A program made the position numbers and the translations under genes. This document shows positions 26,730-36,386 of a stretch of 64,000 nucleotides of DNA, piece by piece. The notes under the pieces are model-generated. The model was not told the origin of the DNA. It searched no databases and saw only the letters and a program-made list of their open reading frames with translations. The stretch is from Bacillota bacterium (GTDB lineage: Bacteria; Bacillota; Clostridia; Acetivibrionales; DSM-1351), in the NCBI GenBank assembly GCA_023412275.1, contig JAEYNY010000115.1, positions 402 through 64,401 on the forward strand, read 5' to 3'. Each line of letters starts with the position of its first letter. The first letter of the stretch is position 1.

Positions 26730-29345
26730 ATGATTGAAAAAGAATACACGGGTCTTGAAATTGCGGTTATCGGTATGGCTGGAAAGTTTCCTGGAGCCGG
26801 GAGTATTGAGGAGTTCTGGGAGAATCTAAAAAATGGCAAGGAATGTATAACCCATTTTTCTGACGAAGAATTACTGAATGAAAATATTAATATAGAATTC
26901 ATAAATAATCCATCTTATATAAAAGCAAAAGGGTTGTTGAAAAGTGCTGCTCATTTTGATGCAGAGTTTTTTGGATATAGTGCATCTGAAGCGGATATGA
27001 TGGATCCACAAATGAGAATTTTACACGAGTGTGCCTACCAAGCCCTTGAAGATGCAGGGTATGTTGCAGATGAATATAAAGACTTAATAGGTTTTTATGC
27101 TGGAGCAATGCCCAACTATTATTGGGAGAACCGTTCAGTACGTGGAACAGAGGAATTTTCAGAGCAGTTTGATGCAATGCACTTGCTGGATAAAGATTTT
27201 CTAACATCAAGGATATCTTACAAGTTGGATTTACGAGGACCGAGTGTATCTATTATAACAGCATGTTCTACAGGGCTATCTTCAATACATGTTGCATGCA
27301 GGGCACTTTTAACCGGGGAGTGTAAAATGGCACTTGCCGGCTCTGTTGCTGTATATTTGCCATTGGTAAGTGGATATATGCATAAGGAAGGAACCTTGGC
27401 TTCACCAGATGGAAAGTGCAAATCCTTTGATGCCGATGCAAACGGTACTGTTCCAGGAGATGGGGCTGGTGTTGTAATACTCAAATTGATGGAGGATGCC
27501 ATTGAGGATGGGGATAACATATATGCAATAATAAAAGGTTCTGCGGTAAATAATGACGGTTCAAGAAAAGTCGGCTATACTGCTACAAGTATCGATGGTG
27601 CAGCTGAGGTTATCAGTCTTGCTCACAGTTTTTCTAGAGTTGAGGCTGAAAGTATAAGTTATATCGAGACCCATGGAGTTGGAACTTTACTTGGTGATGC
27701 TATGGAAATTGAAGCACTAAAACAGGCTTTTAATGAAGATGTAAGGACCAGTATTACTATCGGTTCGGTTAAACCTAATATTGGTTATCTTGGGCCGGCA
27801 GCAGGAATAGCAGGATTTATAAAGGTAGTCTTGGCACTTTATCATAAGCAGATACCTCCGAGCATTAATTTTAAAAAACCTAATAACATGGTCGATTTCG
27901 AAAATTTTTGTGTTAATCAAGAATTGACAAAGTGGGAAAACAATAAGTTTCCATTAAGAGCGGGTATTAATTCTTTTGCAGTAGGTGGGACGAATGCCCA
28001 TATTGTCTTGGAAGAAGCACCTGAATTTACTCACGGCAGTGAGGGAACAAACAAATTGAACCTCTTACCATTGTCTGCAAAAACAGAAGTGGCTTTAGAT
28101 AAAATGACGGTAAATTTAAAGGAATATATAAATAAATGTAAAGACGCGGATTTAAATGACTTGGCTTACACACTAAAGGTAGGAAGAAAGAACTATAATT
28201 GCAGAAGATTTTTTATTTCTTCCGGAATAGATGATGCAATAGATTGTATTTCAACAATGGACCCTGAAAAAACAAAGACTGTTGTTCTAGAAGGAAATAA
28301 AAACAAATATGTATTTTTATTTCCGGATAGGAGCTGCTTTGGACATAGTTCAGTGAGATACGCATATAAAACACAAGATGTATTTAGATGTGAAATTGAC
28401 AATTGCCTACATATAGTTAAAAAAGTTACAGGATGTGATTGTAGTGGGTACTTTGGCGATGAAAGTCAAACAAGCAAAATGGTCACTGATATTCTACTAG
28501 CTTTTACAATACAGTATTCCCTTGCAAAAATGTTAATAAAATTGGGAGTAGTGCCTGACGCAGTATTTGGATATGAAATGGGAGAAATTGTTGCAGCATG
28601 TACAGCTGGTGTTTTATCTATTGGGGATTCAATTAAATTGGTTTCTGCTATTGGAAGGGGTTTAGATAGTTCGGACAAAAATAATTTCATATGTATTTAT
28701 AGTCCAGAGGATAAAGTATTAGGATATCTCAAAGGAAATTTGAAACTGGTTGCTATCAATAATAAAGAAAAATGTGTGATAACAGGAGAACAAACGGAAC
28801 TGTCTGAGTTAATAAAAAATATTGAAAATGATGGACTGGACTACAGAGTACTGGCCGGTGGAGGTTATTATAACGGTAGTACATTCGGCGATGGCTTTAA
28901 AATCATTGAAGATGTAATAAATAAAATTCAATTTAAAAAACCTGAAATTCCCTTTATATCAAGCCAGACTGGAACATGGGCTAATCAATTTGAATTGGCA
29001 AGCCCCGATTACTGGATAAAACATTTCCAAAAACCAGTAATGTGTTATCAAGGTCTTGCAAAGCTTCTTGACAATGACAATAGTACTTTTATTGAGGTTG
29101 GAGATGGAAGAAACTTTATTAAGGAGCTTAAGCAGCACGAAAATAAAAATGATATACATTCAGAAATAGCTTTGTTAGCGCCCCAAAGGAGTGGCTATGA
29201 TGGTGAATTCTACCTTCTACGTGCCATAGGAAGTTTGTGGGCTATGGGAGCTGAAATAAATTGGAAAGAGTATTATGGCGAAGAGAAAAGGAAAAGGGTA
29301 TCACTCCCTAAGTATGCTTTTGGAAAACAGAAGTACAAAATTTGA
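26730..29345 (+). CDS. type I PKS KS-AT didomain with degenerate active sites and no ACP
   Basis: IAVIGMAGKFPGA, MDPQMR, TACST (Cys), ETHGVGT, NIGYL (His to Tyr), AT GYEMG instead of GHSxG; ends at post-AT linker LPKYAF. Confidence 0.9.
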   Translation: MIEKEYTGLEIAVIGMAGKFPGAGSIEEFWENLKNGKECITHFSDEELLNENINIEFINNPSYIKAKGLLKSAAHFDAEFFGYSASEADMMDPQMRILHECAYQALEDAGYVADEYKDLIGFYAGAMPNYYWENRSVRGTEEFSEQFDAMHLLDKDFLTSRISYKLDLRGPSVSIITACSTGLSSIHVACRALLTGECKMALAGSVAVYLPLVSGYMHKEGTLASPDGKCKSFDADANGTVPGDGAGVVILKLMEDAIEDGDNIYAIIKGSAVNNDGSRKVGYTATSIDGAAEVISLAHSFSRVEAESISYIETHGVGTLLGDAMEIEALKQAFNEDVRTSITIGSVKPNIGYLGPAAGIAGFIKVVLALYHKQIPPSINFKKPNNMVDFENFCVNQELTKWENNKFPLRAGINSFAVGGTNAHIVLEEAPEFTHGSEGTNKLNLLPLSAKTEVALDKMTVNLKEYINKCKDADLNDLAYTLKVGRKNYNCRRFFISSGIDDAIDCISTMDPEKTKTVVLEGNKNKYVFLFPDRSCFGHSSVRYAYKTQDVFRCEIDNCLHIVKKVTGCDCSGYFGDESQTSKMVTDILLAFTIQYSLAKMLIKLGVVPDAVFGYEMGEIVAACTAGVLSIGDSIKLVSAIGRGLDSSDKNNFICIYSPEDKVLGYLKGNLKLVAINNKEKCVITGEQTELSELIKNIENDGLDYRVLAGGGYYNGSTFGDGFKIIEDVINKIQFKKPEIPFISSQTGTWANQFELASPDYWIKHFQKPVMCYQGLAKLLDNDNSTFIEVGDGRNFIKELKQHENKNDIHSEIALLAPQRSGYDGEFYLLRAIGSLWAMGAEINWKEYYGEEKRKRVSLPKYAFGKQKYKI

Positions 29346-29377
29346 TAGCAGTATTACAGCTGATTGAGGTGATTTCG

Positions 29378-30565
29378 ATGATATATTTAAATAATGCGTT
29401 TACAAGCTTTCCAAAACCTCCGGAGGTTATTGAATTTGTAAACAAGGTTATAAGAGAGCCACATTTGAGTGCAGGCAGAAGTGCCATTGAACAGGATGAG
29501 GAAGAGGATATAGTGTTGGGCTGCCGTAAATGCCTTGCAAAACTTTTTAATGTAGAAAATTATAATAATATATCATTTACTTCCGGGGCAACCTTTTCTC
29601 TAAATATGGCTATAAAAGGATTAAGGCTCGAAAATTGTCATGTTATTACAAGTGCAATGGAGCATACTTCAGTATTAAGGCCACTGAAGCTTCTTGAGAA
29701 GAATAAGGTTATTGAGCTTACAATAGTAGATTGCGATGAAAACGGGGTTGTTAGCCCTCAAAATATTGAAAAAGCAATTAGACCAAATACAAAGGCGATA
29801 GTTCTAAACCATGCTTCAAATGTAGTACCCGCTGTAAATAACATAAGAAGGATAGGTGACATTACAAGCGAAGAAAATATAACATTTATAGTAGATGCTT
29901 CTCAGTCAGCAGGTTGTGTTCTAATAGATGTTAAAAAGATGGGGATCGATGTGCTTGCTTTTACCGGTCACAAATCACTCTTCGGACTAGAGGGGATTGG
30001 AGGCATATATATAAGGGATGGAATTTATATAGATCCTTTGACTGTTGGAGGCACTGGTCTTAAAAGTGAATCGCTTTATCAGGTAGAGGAACGCCCTTCA
30101 TATTATGAATCAGGTACGAGGAATACGGTAGGTATTGCTTCGTTGAAGGCAGGGGTTTCATATATATTGAATTGCGGCATGGATATTATGAATGAAAAAA
30201 AGAGAAAAACATTCGAAACATTAATCAGTGGCTTGAGGGAAATACCAAATGTACAACTTTATGGAAGCCACCAATATGGTACTCCCTTAATTTGCTTTAA
30301 TATAATAGGTATGTTGCCTACGGCTGTTGGACGGCTGTTATGGGAAAATTACAGCATAACCGTAAGAACCGGCTTGTTGTGTGCCCCCCTAATACATGAA
30401 AAAATCGGTACTGCTCCACATGGTGCGGTACGGATTAGCTTTTCGTATTTTACTACGGATGATGAGATCGATTTGTTTTTAAAGGCTGTAAGCGAAATAG
30501 TTGAATTGCTTAATTCGGGTAGGATCGAGGAAAGTAATAAAAACAAAAGCTTGGTTTGTTACTAA
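29378..30565 (+). CDS. class V PLP enzyme, cysteine desulfurase-like
   Basis: IYLNNAFTSFPKP, FTSGAT, EHTSV, DASQSAG, FTGHK (PLP Lys), ESGTRN, RTGLLCAP (catalytic Cys); RBS GAGGTG. Confidence 0.88.
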   Translation: MIYLNNAFTSFPKPPEVIEFVNKVIREPHLSAGRSAIEQDEEEDIVLGCRKCLAKLFNVENYNNISFTSGATFSLNMAIKGLRLENCHVITSAMEHTSVLRPLKLLEKNKVIELTIVDCDENGVVSPQNIEKAIRPNTKAIVLNHASNVVPAVNNIRRIGDITSEENITFIVDASQSAGCVLIDVKKMGIDVLAFTGHKSLFGLEGIGGIYIRDGIYIDPLTVGGTGLKSESLYQVEERPSYYESGTRNTVGIASLKAGVSYILNCGMDIMNEKKRKTFETLISGLREIPNVQLYGSHQYGTPLICFNIIGMLPTAVGRLLWENYSITVRTGLLCAPLIHEKIGTAPHGAVRISFSYFTTDDEIDLFLKAVSEIVELLNSGRIEESNKNKSLVCY

Positions 30566-30588
30566 TGGATGAATAATGAGGTTTGACT

Positions 30589-31251
30589 ATGGAAGATCCA
30601 ATGAAAAAACTAGATATTCAAGACTTACTTTACTATGTAAAGGAAGAGTGCAAAAAGTGCATGCAATGCGGAAAATGCGTAGGTAATTGTCCGGCAGCGG
30701 AAGTGTCCTCGTTTAACTCTCGTAAAATAATACATATGATTAAAACAGGGAATATGGATGCTGTCTTGGGTAGCAATGAAATGTGGTCTTGCGTTCTATG
30801 TGCAAGTTGCTATGCTGTGTGCCCAAATGGTATTAATTTTTCATCCGTTTTGATGCTTTTAAGGGTTATTTCCTTTTATTATGGGTGTGGATGGGAAATG
30901 GACAGGATGGCTCTTCCTTTTGCGGAGTATTATCTTAATACAGGTATCACGGTTCCGGATGCTGAGGATCCGGGGATTGTGGAAATGCTAAAGGCGAAGA
31001 CTGGAACTGGAGGAACAATGGAAGAATTCCGGGTGAGAATGGGGCTTGAGCCGAAGAGGAAAGTTAGTGATAAGGCGATGAAAGAAATAAGGTGTTTGGC
31101 TGAATCAAGCGGAATGATTTCAAAGATGGAGCTTATTAAAGGGAATGAAACTGCAAAGAGGCTTATAGACGATGTTCGTTGGATTAGTATGTGTAATGAA
31201 GTATTTCAAATAATCGGAAGGCTTCCTGGAGGAAGATCATATGAAAAGTAA
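30589..31251 (+). CDS. hdrC: heterodisulfide reductase subunit C-like (2x[4Fe-4S])
   Basis: CMQCGKCVGNCP and WSCVLCASCYAVCP; precedes hdrB. Confidence 0.85.
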   Translation: MEDPMKKLDIQDLLYYVKEECKKCMQCGKCVGNCPAAEVSSFNSRKIIHMIKTGNMDAVLGSNEMWSCVLCASCYAVCPNGINFSSVLMLLRVISFYYGCGWEMDRMALPFAEYYLNTGITVPDAEDPGIVEMLKAKTGTGGTMEEFRVRMGLEPKRKVSDKAMKEIRCLAESSGMISKMELIKGNETAKRLIDDVRWISMCNEVFQIIGRLPGGRSYEK

Positions 31252-32176
31252 TAAGAATGTTAAGGAAGTACAGTTGTATGAGAAATATATGCTTTTTCGG
31301 TCCTGTAGCATTTCAAACAAATGTCCTGGAATAGAAGTAGCAACCAAGTATGCTTTTTCAGAATTGGATCTATTATTGGATGAATCGGATGAACATACCT
31401 GCTGTGGCGGAAATGCAATTATATTTTCTTCTATAGGCCAGGTTAATTCAACAATTCTTATGACAGCAAGGAATCTTGCTGTGGCTGGAGAAAAGGAACT
31501 AAATATCGTTACGATGTGTAATGGCTGCTACAAGAATCTTAATGAATTTGGAGAATATATAGTAAAAAACCCTGAGGTTATGAACTCTGTTAATGATAAA
31601 TTGAGAAAGATAAACAGAGAATACAATGGTAAAAGCAAAGTATATCATGTAATGGAAGTGCTTTACTCCAAAAGAAGTGACATTGCTAAGAAAGCCAAGT
31701 ATACTTTGAACGGCTTAAAGTTTGCAATTCACTATGGCTGCCACTATAGCTTCGGAGCGAAAAATCATGCCATTGATGATTCATTTTCTACTTCTACTAT
31801 GGAGGAAATGATTGAAACGCTTGGAGGAGAAATTGTAAATTATACTGAGGAAAAAACTTGCTGTGGCAGTGGAATTCTAAATAATACATATGTTAACAAG
31901 GAACTGGCAATGTCAGTTGCAGAAAGAAAGTTTGAATCCCTGAACAGTACGGAGGCCGATGCTGTTATTGTAATGTGCCCGTATTGTATGATGACTTTAG
32001 ACAGGATGCAGTTGAAATTTCACATGGCTATGGGGAAGAAATACATAATTCCAGTACTTCATATAGCCCAGATTATAAGTCTGGCAATGGGGGCTGCTCC
32101 GGCAAATCTCGGATTTGAAACAAACCTGACTTCTTTAGAGGGTTTTATGAAAAAGTGGGAGGGTTTGCATGCGTAA
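31241..32176 (+). CDS. hdrB: heterodisulfide reductase subunit B-like (two CCG domains)
   Basis: RSC...TCCGG...MCNGC and HYGCH...TCCGSG...MCPYC. Confidence 0.9.
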   Translation: MKSNKNVKEVQLYEKYMLFRSCSISNKCPGIEVATKYAFSELDLLLDESDEHTCCGGNAIIFSSIGQVNSTILMTARNLAVAGEKELNIVTMCNGCYKNLNEFGEYIVKNPEVMNSVNDKLRKINREYNGKSKVYHVMEVLYSKRSDIAKKAKYTLNGLKFAIHYGCHYSFGAKNHAIDDSFSTSTMEEMIETLGGEIVNYTEEKTCCGSGILNNTYVNKELAMSVAERKFESLNSTEADAVIVMCPYCMMTLDRMQLKFHMAMGKKYIIPVLHIAQIISLAMGAAPANLGFETNLTSLEGFMKKWEGLHA

Positions 32177-34124
32177 AATAGGGGTGTTTTTATGTCATTG
32201 CGGCACGAATATAATAGATAAAATTAATATGGGTGAGGTAGCTAAAGCTACTATGAAGTTTGAAGGGGTTGTTTGTGTTGTTGAAAACCTTCACTTTTGC
32301 TCAGAAGAAGGACAAAATGTTATTAGAGAAAAAATAAATAAACATGAACTAGGTGGAATTGTAATTGGTGCATGCAGCCCAAAACTTCATGAATCTGAAT
32401 TTAGGAAAATCCTTGACGGGACAGGGGTAAACCCCTACCTTCTGGAAATAGTTAATTTAAGGGAACAGGTTTCATGGTGCTCTGATAGTATTGAAGCGGC
32501 TACCAAAAAAGCAATTGATTTGGTATTTATGAAGGTTAAAAAGGTATCAAAGCTATTTCCTCTTAATGATGAGAGAGTACCTATAACCCAAAAAGCATTG
32601 GTTATAGGTGCAGGGATTGCTGGAATTGAAGCCGCACTAAGTATTGCACAAAATGGAATTGAGGTTTTATTGGTTGAGAGAGAGCCCTTTATTGGTGGAA
32701 ATATGACTAAATTGGATAAAACCTTTCCAACCCTTGATTGTTCGTCATGCATATTGGCGCCAAGAATGATGGAGGTAATGAATCATCCGCTGATAAATGT
32801 TTGCCTAAATAGTAGTGTAACAAAGGTATCAGGCTTTGTTGGAAATTTTACCGTTTCAATTGAGCAAAAAAGTAGATCAATTGATGTGAGAAAATGCACA
32901 GGTTGTGGAAAATGTATTGAACAGTGCCCTGTCAGGGTTGAAGCGGAGTATGAGGAAGGCATGTCTGAGAGACCAGCTATTTATAAACCTTTTCCGCAGG
33001 CATTACCTAAAGCACCTTTTATAGACAGTAAAGCTTGCCTACATTATAAAAACAGCAAATGTGGAATTTGCAGCAGGGTTTGTCCAACTGGTGCTATTAA
33101 CTATGAAGACGATGATAAAGTTATTGAGGAAAAAATAGGTGCCATAATAGTTGCAACAGGCTTTGATATGTTTGAAGCAGGCAAATATACTGAGTACGGT
33201 TTTGATAAATATCCAGATGTTATAACGGGGTTGCAGTTTGAGAGACTGATAAGTACTACAGGAGCCACAGCGGGAAAGCTTTTAAGACCATCGGATGGAA
33301 AAGTTCCTGAAACAATTGTATTTGTCCATTGTGTTGGTTCCAGAGATAAACAAAAGGGAATGGCATATTGTTCGAAAATATGCTGTATGGCCACGGCAAA
33401 GCATGTACAAATAGCTAGGGACAAAATACCCGATGCTCAAATTTATTCGTTTTTCATAGATATACGTGCCGGCGGAAAAGACTATCAAGAGTTTATTGAC
33501 CGGGCAACAGAACAAAACATTCAATTTATAAAGGGAAGAGTATCCCACATAGTAAAAGATGGTGACAAATATTTAGTAAAAGCAGAGAATATTTTTCTGG
33601 GGATTCCAGTTAGAATAAAAGCAGATTTGATTGTGTTGGCAAATGCAATAGTACCGGATAAAGATGCCGTCAAGCTTGCCAGAATTCTAGGAATAGAATG
33701 CGACTCATATGGATTTTATAACAGTCTGCACCCTAAGATTAACCCTGTATCTACTGCAAAAGAAGGTATATTTATTGCTGGTTCATGTATGTCACCTATG
33801 GATATTCACGATTCAGTAAGCCATGGAGCTGCTGCCGCGGTAAAAGTACTGAGTATATTGCAAAAAGAATATATAAAAAAAGCACCCATATTTGCTACGA
33901 TTAATAAACTCAAATGCTCAGGATGCATGGAGTGCAGACGGGTTTGTTATTATGGTGCAATTGAGCAAAGCATTTTAAAAGGTAGAAGGGTTGCACAGGT
34001 GAACAGCGCAGCTTGTCAGGGATGTGGAAATTGTGCCAGTCAATGCAAAAGCGGAGTCATAGGCTTAAATGATATGACTGATGAGCAAATTAACGCTGAA
34101 ATTATTGGGTCTTTGTACTGGTAG
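32169..34124 (+). CDS. hdrA: heterodisulfide reductase subunit A (FAD, Fe-S; bifurcating)
   Basis: IGVFLCHCGTNI, GACSP, VNLREQVSW, IGAGIAG, KTFPTLDCSSCIL, CVGSRD...YCSKICC, ferredoxin motifs. Confidence 0.95.
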   Translation: MRKIGVFLCHCGTNIIDKINMGEVAKATMKFEGVVCVVENLHFCSEEGQNVIREKINKHELGGIVIGACSPKLHESEFRKILDGTGVNPYLLEIVNLREQVSWCSDSIEAATKKAIDLVFMKVKKVSKLFPLNDERVPITQKALVIGAGIAGIEAALSIAQNGIEVLLVEREPFIGGNMTKLDKTFPTLDCSSCILAPRMMEVMNHPLINVCLNSSVTKVSGFVGNFTVSIEQKSRSIDVRKCTGCGKCIEQCPVRVEAEYEEGMSERPAIYKPFPQALPKAPFIDSKACLHYKNSKCGICSRVCPTGAINYEDDDKVIEEKIGAIIVATGFDMFEAGKYTEYGFDKYPDVITGLQFERLISTTGATAGKLLRPSDGKVPETIVFVHCVGSRDKQKGMAYCSKICCMATAKHVQIARDKIPDAQIYSFFIDIRAGGKDYQEFIDRATEQNIQFIKGRVSHIVKDGDKYLVKAENIFLGIPVRIKADLIVLANAIVPDKDAVKLARILGIECDSYGFYNSLHPKINPVSTAKEGIFIAGSCMSPMDIHDSVSHGAAAAVKVLSILQKEYIKKAPIFATINKLKCSGCMECRRVCYYGAIEQSILKGRRVAQVNSAACQGCGNCASQCKSGVIGLNDMTDEQINAEIIGSLYW

Positions 34125-34137
34125 ATGGAGAATTTAA

Positions 34138-34563
34138 ATGAGTGATGAAGTGAAAATTGTAGGATTGGTTTGTAATTGGTGTTCTTATGCGGCAGCTGAT
34201 CTTGCCGGATTACTAAGAAAAAAGTATGAACAAAATATACGTCTTATTCGGATTCCATGCTCAGGAAGGGTCAATCCGAATTTTATCCTCTCTGCATTTG
34301 AGAATGGAGCGGATGGGGTCTTTATTGCAGGATGTTACCCGGGCGAGTGTCATTATGCAACAGGCAACTATTATGCACATTTTAGGTTTAACCTGATAAA
34401 GTCTTTGTTGATTTTTACTGGGATGGAGACTGATAGGTTGATTCTGGAATGGATATCTGCTTCTGAGGCTCAGGAGTTTGTCGATGCAGTAAACTTATTT
34501 ACGGCTAAAGTAAAAAAACTAGGCAAAAAAAATGCTATACATAGAGATAAGTTGGAGGATTAA
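34138..34563 (+). CDS. flxD: MvhD/FlxD [2Fe-2S] subunit
   Basis: CNWCSYAAADLAG, IPCSGRV, GADGVFIAGCYPGECHY, WISASE. Confidence 0.9.
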   Translation: MSDEVKIVGLVCNWCSYAAADLAGLLRKKYEQNIRLIRIPCSGRVNPNFILSAFENGADGVFIAGCYPGECHYATGNYYAHFRFNLIKSLLIFTGMETDRLILEWISASEAQEFVDAVNLFTAKVKKLGKKNAIHRDKLED

Positions 34564-35406
34564 ATGATTGAGGAGATTAGGGTAATTGCTGCAAAATGGC
34601 TGAAGAGTAAAGAGGTTGAAGCTTTTGTTGGATTTACCAAAAGAGAAAATGGGACATTTGTACCAATACGTATCAACAGGCATGAAGATGTTAAAAGGCT
34701 TGAATTTGGAGATGGGTGCTACCATAATTTGATGAGCTATCTTAATTTTCCACTACGCGGGAAAATTGGATTGCTATTAAAGGGCTGTGATGGAAGAGCA
34801 CTGGTGGAAATGATATCAGAAGGGGTAGTAGAGAGGGAAAACGTAAAGGTATTGGGTATTCCTTGCCCGATAATGAATGAGTACGGTGTTCTCCTGAATA
34901 AATGTAGAAGCTGTAGGGGGAATGTCACGCCGATATTTGATGAGAAGATAGGTAAAGGTGAGGGTGTGATTTTAGAAAAGCCTCTTTCATGCCAAGATGT
35001 ATATAAATGTGAGACTTTATCAGATGAGGAAAGGACCAGGTTCTTTAAACAGGAGTTTTCTAAATGTATAAGGTGTTATGCATGTAGGGAGATATGTCCG
35101 CTGTGCTTTTGCGAAGAGTGTATAGTTGAAAAAAATGATCCCCAGTGGATAGAAGCTAGTATAAAGCCATCATCAAATTATCACTGGCATATGATTAGAG
35201 CATTTCATCTAGCTGGCAGGTGTATAGGATGCGGAGAGTGTTCAAGAGTTTGTCCAAGTAAGATACCTCTGTATTTGCTTCATCAAAAAATGGCTATGGA
35301 AGTTGAAAATGGGCTCAGATATATAGGTGGAATAGATTGCGACAAGAAGGTACTGGATTTGGATTTTAAAAAAGATATTTATGAAGGCGGGGATAAGCAC
35401 TTATGA
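34564..35406 (+). CDS. flxC: 2x[4Fe-4S] protein, FlxC-like
   Basis: KGCDGRA, CIRCYACREICPLCFCEEC, HLAGRCIGCGECSRVCP; position in hdr-flx order. Confidence 0.75.
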   Translation: MIEEIRVIAAKWLKSKEVEAFVGFTKRENGTFVPIRINRHEDVKRLEFGDGCYHNLMSYLNFPLRGKIGLLLKGCDGRALVEMISEGVVERENVKVLGIPCPIMNEYGVLLNKCRSCRGNVTPIFDEKIGKGEGVILEKPLSCQDVYKCETLSDEERTRFFKQEFSKCIRCYACREICPLCFCEECIVEKNDPQWIEASIKPSSNYHWHMIRAFHLAGRCIGCGECSRVCPSKIPLYLLHQKMAMEVENGLRYIGGIDCDKKVLDLDFKKDIYEGGDKHL

Positions 35407-36386
35407 ATTGGAAGGTAGATTCCCTGGAAAGTCTGGTAGACTTTTTAAGAGTAAAAGGTACCTTATATGCTCCCACAGGAGAACAGACAATAAGGTATAC
35501 AAAAATTGACAATGATTTAAAGGTTAATCTTTCAAGGAACAGTGATTTTTCAGCTAGGGAAATATGGCAACCGATTACACACTACTATCTGAAACTTGAG
35601 GGAGATGATTATAGTAATCTAAGTTTATATCCATATAATGAGAATGGTTTTATAGTGCTTGGTATACGCCCTTGTGATATTAAAGGATTAAAGGTATTTG
35701 AAAGGATTTTCAGTAAAAGTCGTAATTTTCAAAAATTACGTGAAAACACTATTTTAATTGGCTATTCGTGTGACTTGCCAGAAGAAAATTGTTTCTGTGA
35801 GTCTATGGGCGTTTTGCCAACTTCTAAAGAAAACATGGATTTAGTATTATATAAAACTGATAATAATTATATAATTTCGGCAGAAAGTGATAAAGGATAT
35901 GCGTTATTTAAGAACGTACCTTTTGAGCAGACTGAATTTCCAGTTTTACCGGATTCCCGGAAGCCGGAAATGAAAAGAATCGACATTGATAAAGTAATGG
36001 AGAAAATGGACAACTTAAGTAATGATGAATGGGAAGATATTGCATTTTCTTGTATTAACTGCAGGGTTTGTACTTATGTATGTCCATGCTGTCATTGCTT
36101 TTCAATAACTGATGAAACCTTCAAAAATACATATGCGCGGGCTGTCGTTTGGGACTCATGCCAGTGCAAATATTTTACAAGGGAAGCTTCAACTTACAAC
36201 CCAAGGCACGAAAAAGTTGCAAGAATAAAAAACAGGATGTATCACAAATTTCATTATTTTGTGAAACAAAATAATGAAATTATGTGTAGTGGGTGTGGAC
36301 GCTGCATAAGCAGCTGTCCGTCAGGGTTGAACTTGCTTAATGAAATCAGTATTTTTAAAACAAATAAATCGGAGATAAAGAAATGA
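35403..36386 (+). CDS. flxB: AsrA/HydB-like [4Fe-4S] protein, FlxB-like
   Basis: GIRPCD, CFCESMG, CINCRVCTYVCPCCHCF, WDSC, HKF, CSGCGRCISSCP. Confidence 0.78.
   Translation: MNWKVDSLESLVDFLRVKGTLYAPTGEQTIRYTKIDNDLKVNLSRNSDFSAREIWQPITHYYLKLEGDDYSNLSLYPYNENGFIVLGIRPCDIKGLKVFERIFSKSRNFQKLRENTILIGYSCDLPEENCFCESMGVLPTSKENMDLVLYKTDNNYIISAESDKGYALFKNVPFEQTEFPVLPDSRKPEMKRIDIDKVMEKMDNLSNDEWEDIAFSCINCRVCTYVCPCCHCFSITDETFKNTYARAVVWDSCQCKYFTREASTYNPRHEKVARIKNRMYHKFHYFVKQNNEIMCSGCGRCISSCPSGLNLLNEISIFKTNKSEIKK

Noticed and set aside
32169..34563. selenocysteine recoding in HdrA or MvhD/FlxD
   Set aside because: Both ORFs are full length with Cys codons and no in-frame TGA
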